Positions 37,927-47,699 of a stretch of 64,000 nucleotides of DNA are shown here, in pieces. The stretch is taken from assembly GCA_963666515.2 (NCBI GenBank), contig OY762897.2, forward strand, positions 3,648,001 through 3,712,000, in the 5' to 3' direction. The notes beneath the pieces are model-generated. The model was not told the DNA's origin and made no database searches. It saw nothing but the letters and a program-made list of their open reading frames with translations. Origin of the DNA: Candidatus Binatia bacterium (lineage in GTDB: Bacteria > Desulfobacterota > Binatia > UBA9968 > JAJDTQ01). A program made the position numbers and the translations under genes. The first letter of the stretch is position 1, and each line of letters opens with the position of its first letter.

Positions 37927-38229
37927 TCAGCCTTCGGAATCCATGGCACCCTTGGCGACGTCGACCATGGCCTGGGCCTTGAGGGCATTGACGTCGCCGG
38001 CGCCGTAGAACTTCCCGAGGTAGGCCGCCACCTTGCGCAACACCTCGTGATGCGCGGCGGCGCACGCGGCGCGCGCATCGGACGACAGCTCGTTGAACTC
38101 CCGCTCGATGTTGCCGAGCCAGCCCGGCAGGTACTCCGTCTCGATGTCCTGGCCGGTATAGAGGTACCCCTCCAGGGAGCCCACTCTTGCCGCCAAGCCG
38201 TAGACCCGCCTGATGTCGGATGCATCCAT
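37927..38229 (-). CDS. Hypothetical protein (100 aa)
   Basis: Good SD (GGAGG); fills the gap between mltG and the S24 gene. Confidence 0.72.
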   Translation of the reverse strand: MDASDIRRVYGLAARVGSLEGYLYTGQDIETEYLPGWLGNIEREFNELSSDARAACAAAHHEVLRKVAAYLGKFYGAGDVNALKAQAMVDVAKGAMDSEG

Positions 38230-38250
38230 GATCGCGTCCTCCTGTTCCGT

Positions 38251-39261
38251 TCATCGGTTCTTCTGATATTTCCGCACCGCGGCGTTGTGGTCCCGCAGGC
38301 TCTTGGAGAAGTGGTGGCGGCCGTCGTTCCTGGACACGAAGTACAGGTACTCGACATCGGCCGGGTAGAGCGCCGCCTTCATGGCGACCAGGCCCGGATT
38401 GGCGATGGGGCCTGGAGGCAACCCCTTGATGGTGTAGGTGTTGTAGGGGCCGGGTGTCCGCAGGTGCTCGCGGGTCAGGTCGCCGTTGAAATCCTCCAGC
38501 CCGTAGATGACCGTCGGATCGCTCTGTAGCCGCATGCCCCGCTTCAAGCGGTTGTGGAACACCGCGGAAACCAGCGGCATCTCCGCAACCGGGCCGCCTT
38601 CCTTCTCGATGATGGAGGCCAGGGTCACCAGCTCGTGCCGGGTCAGGCCGAGTTCCTTCGCGCGCGCCGCCATCTCGGGAGTGAAGGTGTCCTTGAACTC
38701 GGCGAACATCGTCCTGACGATCTCTTCCTCCGTAGCCAGCGCGCGGAAGTGATAGGTGGTGGGGAAGAGATAGCCCTCCATACTGTCGAGCCCCAACGGG
38801 GAAAGGATGGCGGGGTCGGTCACGGCCGCGGCGAACCTCTCCGGCGTGACCAGTCCTTCCCGTTCGAGACGGCCGCCGATCTGCCGGACCGTAAAACCCT
38901 CGGGAAAGGTGACCTTGTGGACCACGGTCCGGCCGTGGACGAGACTGTCGAGCACCGACCTGGGCGACACCGCCCCCTCGAAGCGGTAGAGGCCGCGCCG
39001 CACCTTCGTATCCAGCCCGCGAAGCCGGGCCCATAGCACGAACAGGCGCGGCCGGGAGACGACCCCCTTTTCGCCAAGCTCGCGGGCCACGGCCGCAAAC
39101 GTGTCGCCGCGCCGCACCTCGATCTCCGCAACCGATGACTGGCCGTGGTACGGCGTCAGGAGAAAAGCGGCCACGTAACCGATGACCGAGAGAGAGGCGA
39201 GCAGAAGGATACCGCCGGCAACGAGGAGGGCGCGACGATTGGAAAGCGGAGAGTCGGGCAC
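38251..39261 (-). CDS. mltG: Endolytic transglycosylase MltG
   Basis: EGYLFPTTY, LASIIEKE, LQSDPTVIY, YNTY..GLPPGPIANPG. Start GTG 39261 or ATG 39294. Confidence 0.95.
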   Translation of the reverse strand: MPDSPLSNRRALLVAGGILLLASLSVIGYVAAFLLTPYHGQSSVAEIEVRRGDTFAAVARELGEKGVVSRPRLFVLWARLRGLDTKVRRGLYRFEGAVSPRSVLDSLVHGRTVVHKVTFPEGFTVRQIGGRLEREGLVTPERFAAAVTDPAILSPLGLDSMEGYLFPTTYHFRALATEEEIVRTMFAEFKDTFTPEMAARAKELGLTRHELVTLASIIEKEGGPVAEMPLVSAVFHNRLKRGMRLQSDPTVIYGLEDFNGDLTREHLRTPGPYNTYTIKGLPPGPIANPGLVAMKAALYPADVEYLYFVSRNDGRHHFSKSLRDHNAAVRKYQKNR

Positions 39262-39263
39262 CG

Positions 39264-39833
39264 TCAGTTGTCGGTTACGTTCACCTTCATCCATCCTTCG
39301 ATCTGCTTCAGAAAGCCGGAGAATGGATCCCTTTTCGGCGAATCCGCAAAGTAGGCCTTGTGCATGTAGTCGAGCGCCCCGGAGAGGTACTCGAACTGCT
39401 CCGACAGCTCCTGGAAGAGCAGGAAACCGGTCCGGTAAAGCGACAGGTCCACTTCCGACACCTTCCAGTAGGACCGGCTGCCCTCCTGAAGATAGTAGTC
39501 CAGGTAGCCGCCGCGCTCCACGTAGGATCGGAAGAACCCGCTCATGAACAAGGTGTAGTCTCCCAGGTACTTGCGCATCCGCCGTTCCTGCATGAGCGGG
39601 TTCTCGCGCGAAACCGTTGCCTCGTCCGCCACCAGCATCTCCACCACGCTGTCGAGCCGCTGGTTTCGGCGCGAGCGCACACGATACAGCCGGTCGCTGC
39701 GGGCGAACTCCGTCAGCACGTCCGCCACGTAGCCCGTCACCTCCGCGTCCCGTATCCCCAGCTCGCCGAAGCATCGCTGGGTCATGTTCAGGAAGAACCC
39801 CTGCAACCGGTCTCTCGAAAGGATCTTTGACAT
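39264..39833 (-). CDS. Hypothetical all-helical protein (about 189 aa)
   Basis: MSKILSRDRL..YVADVLTEF..LGDYTLFMSGFF..YYLQEGSRSY; abuts mltG. Confidence 0.78.
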   Translation of the reverse strand: MSKILSRDRLQGFFLNMTQRCFGELGIRDAEVTGYVADVLTEFARSDRLYRVRSRRNQRLDSVVEMLVADEATVSRENPLMQERRMRKYLGDYTLFMSGFFRSYVERGGYLDYYLQEGSRSYWKVSEVDLSLYRTGFLLFQELSEQFEYLSGALDYMHKAYFADSPKRDPFSGFLKQIEGWMKVNVTDN

Positions 39834-39967
39834 GGCATCACCGTGGCTGCGTATGCCATCAGGAAACGGCGGGGATGTCAAATTGTTTCGCGCGGAGACG
39901 GGTCGGCTGCCGAAGCCATGCCGCTCCTTGCCCTTCATCCCGGCCCACCGGCCCCGCCGGACACGGC

Positions 39968-39997
39968 TTGACACCGCCGGCCCATGCCCCGTAATCT
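39968..39997 (+). promoter_or_regulatory. Putative thiD promoter
   Basis: TTGACA-N18-TAATCT. Confidence 0.55.
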
Positions 39998-40024
39998 GCC
40001 AGGATTCGTTTCGGGAGCACTTCG

Positions 40025-40807
40025 GTGAAGATCTACAAGGCGCTCACCATCGCGGGCTCGGATTCGGGGGCCGGAGCCGGCCTCCAGGCGGACCTCAAGA
40101 CCTTCGCGGCGCTGGGAGTCTACGGCACGTCGGTGGTCACCGCCATCACCGCGCAGAACACCACCGGCGTGACGCGGGTCCTGGAAACGCCGGCGCCCAT
40201 GGTCGCCGCCCAGATCGACGCCGTCATGGACGACATCGGCGCCGACGCGGTCAAGACCGGCATGCTCGCCAACGCCCGCATCATCCGAACCGTGGCCGAC
40301 AAGATCCGGGAACACGGCATCCGGCGGCTGGTGGTGGACCCGGTGATGGTGGCCAAGGGAGGCCACGTGCTTCTCCGCCCGGACGCCGTCCGGACGCTGC
40401 GTACCCGCCTGCTCCCGCTGGCTGCCGTGGTCACGCCCAACCTCCCCGAGGCGCAGGCGCTGACCGGCGTGGAAGGGAACGGTGTGCGCGCCATCCGCGA
40501 GATGGCCAGGCGCATCGTGGGTCTGGGGGCGGCAAGCGTCGTGGTGAAGGGCGGGCATCGAAGGGGAGCCGCCACCGACATCCTCTACGACGGCGCGGCC
40601 TTCCACGAATATCCGGCCCCGCGGATACGGACGAAGAATACCCATGGCACCGGCTGCACGTACTCCGCCGCCCTGGCCTGCGGCCTGGCACGGAACCGCT
40701 CCGTGGAAGCCGCGGCGGCCGAAGCCAAGGCGTTCATCACCCAAGCCATCCGGCAGGCGTACTCCATCGGGGCCGGGCACAGCCCGGTGAATCATTTCCA
40801 CGGATAG
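40025..40807 (+). CDS. thiD: HMP/HMP-P kinase
   Basis: ALTIAGSDSGAGAGLQAD, DPVM, TPNLPEA, NTHGTGCT. Confidence 0.96.
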   Translation: MKIYKALTIAGSDSGAGAGLQADLKTFAALGVYGTSVVTAITAQNTTGVTRVLETPAPMVAAQIDAVMDDIGADAVKTGMLANARIIRTVADKIREHGIRRLVVDPVMVAKGGHVLLRPDAVRTLRTRLLPLAAVVTPNLPEAQALTGVEGNGVRAIREMARRIVGLGAASVVVKGGHRRGAATDILYDGAAFHEYPAPRIRTKNTHGTGCTYSAALACGLARNRSVEAAAAEAKAFITQAIRQAYSIGAGHSPVNHFHG

Positions 40808-40903
40808 ACTGCGCGCCCGGGAAGCGAGGCGCCGTGTAGACTCCGCGACGGCGTTGCTCGCCGGCATGCAATTGAAGTTTTTGGCTGAGACGGCGGTCTG
40901 AAG

Positions 40904-41631
40904 TCAGCCGCGGACGGCGATGATGTACCCTTCGGCGTGGTCTCCGATGACCTCGCAGCGGGACTGGCCCCAGGTGTGGAAATAGAATGCCATGTACGCG
41001 CAAAGCACCGCGTCCAGCCGGTCCTCCAGGGACTTGAGGGCGGAGCCGCGTAGCGCGCGCGGGTCTTCGTGGAGCAGGCGGGACAGCTCCGGCGACGGCA
41101 GCAGGGGAGGGTCCTGGCGGGTCAGGTAGGTCTCGATGGCAGCCTGGAACTCCGACAACCCGGCCTGCCGGACCGAAACCGGGCCTTTCTTGTACTTGAT
41201 GATGCGCGGCCGCTCGAAGAACGCCACTTGCACCAGGTGGGGAAAGATTTCGAGCTGGCGCCGGCCGCTGCGGCCGGGCAGGAACGGGTTCGACGAGAAA
41301 CCCCGGCGCCGGAGCTTGCGGCACAGCCGCACCGGCCGCTCACAGCGGACCCGGTTGGCCGGGTAGGCTCCCGCGTGGTAGCGGCTGAACCGGGCCGAGA
41401 CCATCTTGTCCGCCGGCCGTGACGTCCCGGGCGGGTTCCTGGCGATGATGGCGCGTCGATGCCCAGCCACACGTCGTCTCCGCCACGGGCCTCCACCCAC
41501 TCCACGATCTCATCATCCGTGATCAGCCGGTCCGATCGCACGAGGCGGCAGCCGGCGCCGTCCGACACCAGATGGGCCAGTCCGGTGGGATTGCGGTTGC
41601 CCCAGGCCAGGTCGATGCCGATGAAGTCCAT
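40904..41631 (-). pseudogene. DUF429 (predicted RNase H-like nuclease) gene with a frameshift
   Basis: N-part MDFIGIDLAW..GIDAP continues in another frame as IIARNP..AYPANR..LEIFPH..EDRLDAVLCA. One base is missing near 41452. Confidence 0.82.
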
Positions 41632-41672
41632 GGCCGGGATACGCGTCGGCTACAGGGCAGCCGCCGCCGCGA

Positions 41673-42260
41673 CTAACGGCGGAGCTGGAACGGAGCCTCT
41701 TCCCCCGCCATCAGGCGGCGGATGTTCTCCCGGTGGCGCACCACCACCAGGATCCCGATGACGAGGGTCATCCAAAACGTTTCCACCGGATAGGACAGCG
41801 CCCACGCCGCGAGCGGGGCCGCCACGCCCGCGGCCATGGAAGCCGGCGACACCCGGCGGCTGCCCAGGACCACCAGCACGAAAACCCCCAGCACGGCCAG
41901 GAGGCCCAGGGGCATGGCCGCCAGGTAGACGCCGCCCGCGGTGGCCACGCCCTTGCCGCCCTTGAATCTCAGGAACACCGGATAGAGATGGCCCGCGAAG
42001 GCGGCCAGACCGGCAGCCGCGGCCGCGGCCGCCCCGAGGTCCAGCAGGTGGGCCGCAAGAACCGGCAGGAACCCCTTGGCGACGTCGAAGAAGAGCGTCA
42101 GGAGACCCCTTTTCCACCCCAGCGTCCGGGCCACGTTGGTGGCGCCGATGTTGCCGCTTCCGGCGCTGCGCACGTCCACACCCGCGGACGATCCTACCAG
42201 GAAGCCGGAGGGAACGGATCCCAGGAGATAGGACAGTATCGTCAGGATGATCGGCACCAT
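41673..42260 (-). CDS. plsY: Glycerol-3-phosphate acyltransferase PlsY
   Basis: YLLGSVP, GSGNIGATN, FKGGKGVAT, RHRENIRRL. Confidence 0.96.
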   Translation of the reverse strand: MVPIILTILSYLLGSVPSGFLVGSSAGVDVRSAGSGNIGATNVARTLGWKRGLLTLFFDVAKGFLPVLAAHLLDLGAAAAAAAGLAAFAGHLYPVFLRFKGGKGVATAGGVYLAAMPLGLLAVLGVFVLVVLGSRRVSPASMAAGVAAPLAAWALSYPVETFWMTLVIGILVVVRHRENIRRLMAGEEAPFQLRR

Positions 42261-42307
42261 GATGGCATCCAACCGGCCTGTCGGCCGGCGTTGTTCCCTT
42301 GCCGGAC

Positions 42308-42340
42308 AAAAAAAGGGAGGAAGCCCAAGGCCTCCTCCCT
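42308..42340 (-). terminator. Rho-independent terminator after the cupin gene
   Basis: Minus strand AGGGAGGAGGCC-TTG-GGCTTCCTCCCT followed by a T run. Confidence 0.85.
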
Positions 42341-42359
42341 CGGTCAAAAGGCCTTGCCC

Positions 42360-43457
42360 TTACGCCGCGGGCTTCACGTACACGTTGGGGTCCATGCGCG
42401 ACTCCGCCCCGAGCCTGGTCATGTCGGACTCGAACATTTCGCGGATGTATGCCGGCTGGTCGTAGTACTCGATCTGGTTGCCGCCCGACTTCACGTCCTT
42501 GTCGACCTTGGAGATGTCTCCGTAACCCTCGCCCATGCTGTGCTTGATGCCGCCGAAACGCAACGGCAGGTAGCGCGCGCCGGTGGGGCCCAGGTTGAAG
42601 TGCTGGTGGAACATCATCTCCGGCGGCACGAACACGCTGCCGTCCTGCCAGTCGTAGCGCTTGGGCTCCTCGCCTTCCCACCAGAACAGCGAGAAACCCT
42701 GTCCCTTGATGATGATGACGTTGAAGCCGGGCCCGTGGCGGTGGGCCTTCTTGTAGGTCCCCACCGGGAACTCGGAAATGTGCGCCGCCATGGTGCCGTC
42801 GCACATCTCCAGGAAAACGTTCTTGCCGCCCGCGCCGCGCTCCTTCCACTCCTGGAGGTTGAAGGTGCGGGTGTCGGCGATGAAATTGGTCTCCCAGATG
42901 CGGCCGGGGTGCTGCGTGCCCTGGCTGGAGAAGAAGTCCGGCCGCCCGTCGAAGCGGTCCACGAAGTCGTAGGGGGTGTTGAAGATGAATTCCTCGTTGT
43001 GGAACAGGCTGAAGACGATGGGCATGTTGTTAACCGAGAACAGCCGCGCCGGCTTGTCGCCCTGGCCGTTGAAGTGCTGGTGATGCACGTTCAGCGGGAC
43101 CGAGATGAGGCTCCCTTCCTGCCACTCGAAGGTCTGCTTGGAACCGTTGTCGTTCCAGATGGTGGTGGCGCCGCGGCCCTGTACCACCAGGATCAGCTCC
43201 TCGTAGAGGTGGCGCATGGGGTTCAGGCTCTTGCCCGGCGCGATCTCCACGATGTAGGCCCCGGTGGCGTCGCCCGCTCCCTCCATGTTGAACAGGGTGC
43301 CGTCACCGCCCATGCGGTCCCACCACTTGAGCGGAACCTCCTTCAGGTCCTTGATGAAGAAGGTCTCGACAATTGGAACTCCCTCGCCTTTCTGCCATTT
43401 ATAGAAGAAAGGGATGTTGTCCATCGTGGTCTCGATCTGTTCCGCGGGCTTGGCCAT
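42360..43457 (-). CDS. Bicupin protein (ring-cleaving dioxygenase-like fold)
   Basis: Two cupin motif sets: RHLYEE..PLNVHHQHFN and AHRHGPG..PPEMMFHQHFN. Start MAKPAEQ. Confidence 0.85.
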   Translation of the reverse strand: MAKPAEQIETTMDNIPFFYKWQKGEGVPIVETFFIKDLKEVPLKWWDRMGGDGTLFNMEGAGDATGAYIVEIAPGKSLNPMRHLYEELILVVQGRGATTIWNDNGSKQTFEWQEGSLISVPLNVHHQHFNGQGDKPARLFSVNNMPIVFSLFHNEEFIFNTPYDFVDRFDGRPDFFSSQGTQHPGRIWETNFIADTRTFNLQEWKERGAGGKNVFLEMCDGTMAAHISEFPVGTYKKAHRHGPGFNVIIIKGQGFSLFWWEGEEPKRYDWQDGSVFVPPEMMFHQHFNLGPTGARYLPLRFGGIKHSMGEGYGDISKVDKDVKSGGNQIEYYDQPAYIREMFESDMTRLGAESRMDPNVYVKPAA

Positions 43458-43553
43458 GAGTTCCTCCGAATCTTCACGAAAATTCAAGAAGGTACGTCTT
43501 ACATGAGGCATATCGAAAATACAAGAACCGGCGGGCCGTGGAGGCCCGACCCG

Positions 43554-44354
43554 ATGGCTCGCTTCCGCGCAGCCTGCCTGTGCGCCGCGCTGCTTGCCGC
43601 TGTCGTCGCCGCGATGGCGCCGGAGACCGCAGCCGCGGAGGATTTCTACTTGCGGGCGGGGTTCACCGTCGAGGGGTCGAAAACCGGGCGGTTCATGGAC
43701 AAGGACTGTTCGAGCCAGTCGCCCGCGGCGCTCTATGGCTGCGGCGCCGGTGTCGACGGCGCCCCCCGTAGCTCCCTCGGCGACTTCGAAACCGGGGGAG
43801 GGCTCGATCTCGGGCTCGGATATGCCGCCACGTCCGCCCTGCGGCTCGAAGCCCTCGCCCGGTATCACCCGCGCTTCTCGTTCAAGGGCCGCGCCAACTT
43901 CAATCAGACCGCGGGCAGGCAGGACGTTGCCGCGGACCTGTCCACCCTGACCGGCATGCTCGCGGCCTACGTGGACCTCCCGGCCCTCGGCCTCCCCAGG
44001 ATCGGCCCCTTCAGCCCGTTCGTCGGCGCCGGCGCCGGCCTGTCGCGGGTCCGCATCGGTGAAATGCGCATGCACTTCCCCAGGACCACGACCGTCGTTC
44101 CGGGCGGACGGCGGACCGGCTTCGCCTGGATGGTGACGTCAGGGTTCAGCGTCTCCCTGGGGTCGTTGTGGGAAAACGTGACGCTCGACCTGGCGTGGCG
44201 TTATACCGACTACGGCGTCGTGGAAACCGGCGAGGGCAAGGGCCGGATCGAGTGGCGCGACGGCAGCCGGGAACCGCTGGACCTCGACCTCGCGCCGACC
44301 AAGGCCGATCTGCGGCGCCACGGATTCGCGGCATCCCTGCGCTACGCGTTTTAG
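43554..44354 (+). CDS. Outer-membrane beta-barrel (opacity/porin-like) protein
   Basis: Signal peptide ending AAA|EDFYLRAG, PFVGAGAG, LDLAWRYTDYG, C-terminal LRYAF. Alternative start 43503. Confidence 0.85.
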   Translation: MARFRAACLCAALLAAVVAAMAPETAAAEDFYLRAGFTVEGSKTGRFMDKDCSSQSPAALYGCGAGVDGAPRSSLGDFETGGGLDLGLGYAATSALRLEALARYHPRFSFKGRANFNQTAGRQDVAADLSTLTGMLAAYVDLPALGLPRIGPFSPFVGAGAGLSRVRIGEMRMHFPRTTTVVPGGRRTGFAWMVTSGFSVSLGSLWENVTLDLAWRYTDYGVVETGEGKGRIEWRDGSREPLDLDLAPTKADLRRHGFAASLRYAF

Positions 44355-44396
44355 AGCCCTCACGTCATCGCTGTTTCCATCGCCGGGAGATCTTAC

Positions 44397-45584
44397 ATGT
44401 GGATCAATGAACAACGGGCGAAACGGGTGCTGGCCGGAAGGGACCTCGACGGCCTGATGGCCGCCACCAACATTCCCAACGTCTTCTACCTGAGCGGCGT
44501 GTGGCGCCGGCAGGACATCGCCGCCATCGTCACCCGGGACGCGGTGACCGCGCCCTGGCTGGTGATTCCCCGTTCGGAGGTGGACTACATGGTGGACACG
44601 GTCCCGCCGGCCGGGGTGGCCACCTACGGAACCTTCCACCGCGTCATGGAGGACAACGGGCCGCTCACGCCGCGCGAGCAGCGCATCCGCGAGCTGGGCA
44701 TCGACCTGGAGCCGGTGGAGGACTTCTTCGAGGGCATCGTCCGCACGCTGGAGAACGCAGGCCTCGACCGCAGCCGGCTCGGCTACGACGAGCGGGGACT
44801 GGACCCGGCCCTGGCGGTGCGGCTCCAGGAGCGGCTGCCGCACCTGGAACTGGTGCCGGCCATGTCGGCGTTCCGCGAGATCCGCATGGTCAAGACCGCC
44901 GCCGAGATCGAGCGCATGACCGAGGCGGTACGCATCACCGAGCAGTCCATCTACGAGGCCGCCAACGAGGCCCGTGAGGGCATGACCGAGGCGGAGATGT
45001 GCCTCGCCTTCGACCTGGGCCAGGTGCGGCGCGGCGCCGAGCCCAACATGAACCACGTGGGCTTCGGGCGGAGCGCCGCCCTGGGCATGACCAACGTCCC
45101 GGACGACACGCTCAAGGTCGGCGACATGATCCGCTTCGATGTGGGATGCCTCTACAAGGGCTACTTGACGGACATGTCGCGGACGTTTTCGTTCGGGCCG
45201 CCGGACGACAAATTCTCCAGTTATTACAACGCGGTACTCAAAGGCCAAGATCTGGCCCTCGGCCTCGTCAAGCCGGGCAAGGTCGCTTCCGAGATATTCA
45301 ACGAGACGGTGGCGGAAGTGCGCGAAACCGGCATCCCGCATTACGCCCGCCAGCACGTGGGACACGGCATCGGCCTGGGTCTCGGCGGCTACGACCGCCC
45401 CACCATCTCCCCCGGCGACGACACGCCCCTGGAGGCCGACATGGTGCTGTGCATCGAGACCCCCTACTACGAGATGGGCTGGGGCAGCGTCCAGGTGGAG
45501 GACATGATCGTGGTCACCGAGGACGGCTACCGCCGGCTCACGTCGGTGCCCCGGCACCTCCAGGTGCTGGAGCCCCGTTCGTGA
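44397..45584 (+). CDS. M24 family metallopeptidase (Xaa-Pro peptidase-like)
   Basis: Creatinase_N-like domain, RMVKT..EI, metal ligands FDVG, TDMSRT, HVGHGIG, IETP, VEDM. Confidence 0.92.
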   Translation: MWINEQRAKRVLAGRDLDGLMAATNIPNVFYLSGVWRRQDIAAIVTRDAVTAPWLVIPRSEVDYMVDTVPPAGVATYGTFHRVMEDNGPLTPREQRIRELGIDLEPVEDFFEGIVRTLENAGLDRSRLGYDERGLDPALAVRLQERLPHLELVPAMSAFREIRMVKTAAEIERMTEAVRITEQSIYEAANEAREGMTEAEMCLAFDLGQVRRGAEPNMNHVGFGRSAALGMTNVPDDTLKVGDMIRFDVGCLYKGYLTDMSRTFSFGPPDDKFSSYYNAVLKGQDLALGLVKPGKVASEIFNETVAEVRETGIPHYARQHVGHGIGLGLGGYDRPTISPGDDTPLEADMVLCIETPYYEMGWGSVQVEDMIVVTEDGYRRLTSVPRHLQVLEPRS

Positions 45585-45678
45585 CGGCGGCGGCGACACC
45601 CAGGCCGAGCGCGAGATGCGCGCGTTCATGGAGGGCAATTGTCTCCAGGGCAGCATACACCTTCCAGGGACAACCTTC

Positions 45679-45707
45679 TTGACAATGCAGGAGGTAAAAA
45701 CTAATTT
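45679..45707 (+). promoter_or_regulatory. Promoter of the Fic gene
   Basis: TTGACA-N17-TAATTT. Confidence 0.65.
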
Positions 45708-45739
45708 TAACTCAATTAGCTTTTCATTCACCACAAGCG

Positions 45740-47086
45740 ATGAAAATCCCACCATCCCCACCGGGCTACGAGGACATCCTGTTGAACCTCAAGGACCCCA
45801 CTCAAGTGAGGCGGATGGCGGAGATCCTTGTAAACGGAGGGGTTGGAGCGGCGCATGGCGGGCAATATCGGCACTGGGAAAGCTTGAGACATCTCCGGCC
45901 TCCGGAAGGACTCTCCTCCGAGGAGTGGTGGGCCGCGGTCAAACTCGCACGCCGCCAACTTCGAAGGACCATCCCACTGGAGGACAAGGACGGACGGCCG
46001 TTCGCCTACACCCTCGCGGACCCAGTACTTGAACTCCTCCACGAAATCCATCGCGACACGAGCAGCAGGATTACGACAAGTGACCAGATAGGCAATCCAC
46101 AAACCAGGGAGAGATTCATCGAGAGTTCCCTGATAGAGGAGGCCATCACTTCGAGCCAGCTTGAAGGGGCGTCCACGACGCGCGAGGCCGCGAAGCAGAT
46201 GATCCGCTCCGGCCGAAGTCCGGTGGATCGAAGCGAGAGGATGATCCTCAACAATTATCGGGCCATCCGCCTCATCAAGAACTTCAAGGACGAACCCTTG
46301 ACCCCGGACATCATCTTCCAGATTCACAGGATGCTTGTTGGTGGCACATTGGACACGGTAGCCGGATCAAACTACCTGAGAAGGCCGGGAGACGGCATTG
46401 CGGTCTATCACGACGCTGACGGGACCTTGCTCCACATCCCGCCGCCCGCGAAGGAAATCAGGCGCCGAATGGCTGCCATGTGCGATTTCGCGAACCGGAG
46501 ACAACCTGACGCCTTCCTGCACCCGATACTCAAGGCCATCATCCTGCATTTCTGGCTTGCCTATGACCATCCGTTTGTCGACGGCAACGGCAGGACCGCG
46601 AGGGCGTTGTTTTACTGGTCGGCGCTCTCAGATGATTTCTGGATGTTCGAGTTTCTCTCGATTTCGAGGATAATTCGGAAAGCCCCGGCCCGGTACGGGC
46701 GGTCGTTCCTCTACACCGAGACCGACGAGAATGACCTGACCTACTTCATTCTGGCGCAACTCCAGGTCATACGACGCGCGATGGATATCCTGTACGCTTA
46801 CCTTGACAAGAAGGCTCTGGAAATCCGCACCATTGAGCAGATCATCCGCTCTTCCGTTTCGATAAACCATCGACAACTCGCCCTCCTGGGACATGCCCTG
46901 CGACACCCTGGCGTGCGCTATACGATCGCGGGCCACAAAAAGACCCATGGCGTCACGTACCAGACCGCCAGGACCGACCTCCTCGAACTTGCCTCCCGGG
47001 AACTGCTTGACAAGACCAAGACGGGGCGTTTCTTCAGCTTCACGGCCCCCAACGACTTGGCGAAGAGGCTTCAGGCATGGTCCTAA
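45740..47086 (+). CDS. Fic family protein with C-terminal HTH
   Basis: Canonical HPFVDGNGRTAR motif, inhibitory SSQLEG motif, C-terminal YQTARTDLLEL helix. Confidence 0.94.
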   Translation: MKIPPSPPGYEDILLNLKDPTQVRRMAEILVNGGVGAAHGGQYRHWESLRHLRPPEGLSSEEWWAAVKLARRQLRRTIPLEDKDGRPFAYTLADPVLELLHEIHRDTSSRITTSDQIGNPQTRERFIESSLIEEAITSSQLEGASTTREAAKQMIRSGRSPVDRSERMILNNYRAIRLIKNFKDEPLTPDIIFQIHRMLVGGTLDTVAGSNYLRRPGDGIAVYHDADGTLLHIPPPAKEIRRRMAAMCDFANRRQPDAFLHPILKAIILHFWLAYDHPFVDGNGRTARALFYWSALSDDFWMFEFLSISRIIRKAPARYGRSFLYTETDENDLTYFILAQLQVIRRAMDILYAYLDKKALEIRTIEQIIRSSVSINHRQLALLGHALRHPGVRYTIAGHKKTHGVTYQTARTDLLELASRELLDKTKTGRFFSFTAPNDLAKRLQAWS

Positions 47087-47282
47087 CGCAGACCGGGGGC
47101 GACGGATCGCTGACGCTGGCTCGGCAGGCGCGGGCTACGCACGCGCGCCGACGGCCCTCACGGCATTCACGAATTCCCTCACCCTTCTGGATGGGGCCCG
47201 GAGATTTGAGGTCCGCATACCCAGGCTCACGGGCAGGGCCGGAAAGATCGGCCTGATGACGGTGCCGCGGTAGTCGCGGATA

Positions 47283-47600
47283 GGCACGACGGCCAAGCTG
47301 TGCGTGGTGGAGGATGGAGAACCGTCCATAACCTATCTCGCCCGGGAAAGCTCGCTGCCGGCGGAGCGCGTGGCCTGGGGCATCGTCGACGTGGTCAATG
47401 AGAACATGGCCGGCGCCGCTCGGGTCCACATAGCGGAGCACGGCCGGGACCCCTCCCACTTCGTGCTCGTCGCCACCGGCGGCGGTCCGCTGCATGGGTA
47501 CTATGTCGGCAAGAAACTGGGGGTCCGGCAGGTGCTTTGTCCGTCGGGCGCGGGCGTCGCCTCGGCCATCGGTCTGTTGCGCGCGCCGGGTCGACGAGAT
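47283..47600 (+). pseudogene. Hydantoinase/oxoprolinase A-subunit remnant
   Basis: GTTAKLCVVEDG juxtaposed to AWGIVDVVNENMAGAARVH..GRDP..GGGPLH..AGVASAIGL. In-frame stop just upstream; internal deletion. Confidence 0.78.
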
Positions 47601-47699
47601 CCTGCACGACTACCGCCTCAAGGACCTCGACCGATCGCGTGCTGGAGATTGCCCGTGGTTTCCGTGACGTCGGGGGCCCGGTCGAAACGTAATCCCAAC

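Noticed and set aside
41733-44354. 873-aa ORF as a single protein
   Set aside because: Only the last ~267 aa (signal peptide plus barrel) are credible; the rest is antisense to plsY and the cupin gene.
47080-47200. Possible integron attC after the Fic gene (CCTAAC at the stop)
   Set aside because: No matching GTTRRRY end, no repeated attC sites and no integrase.
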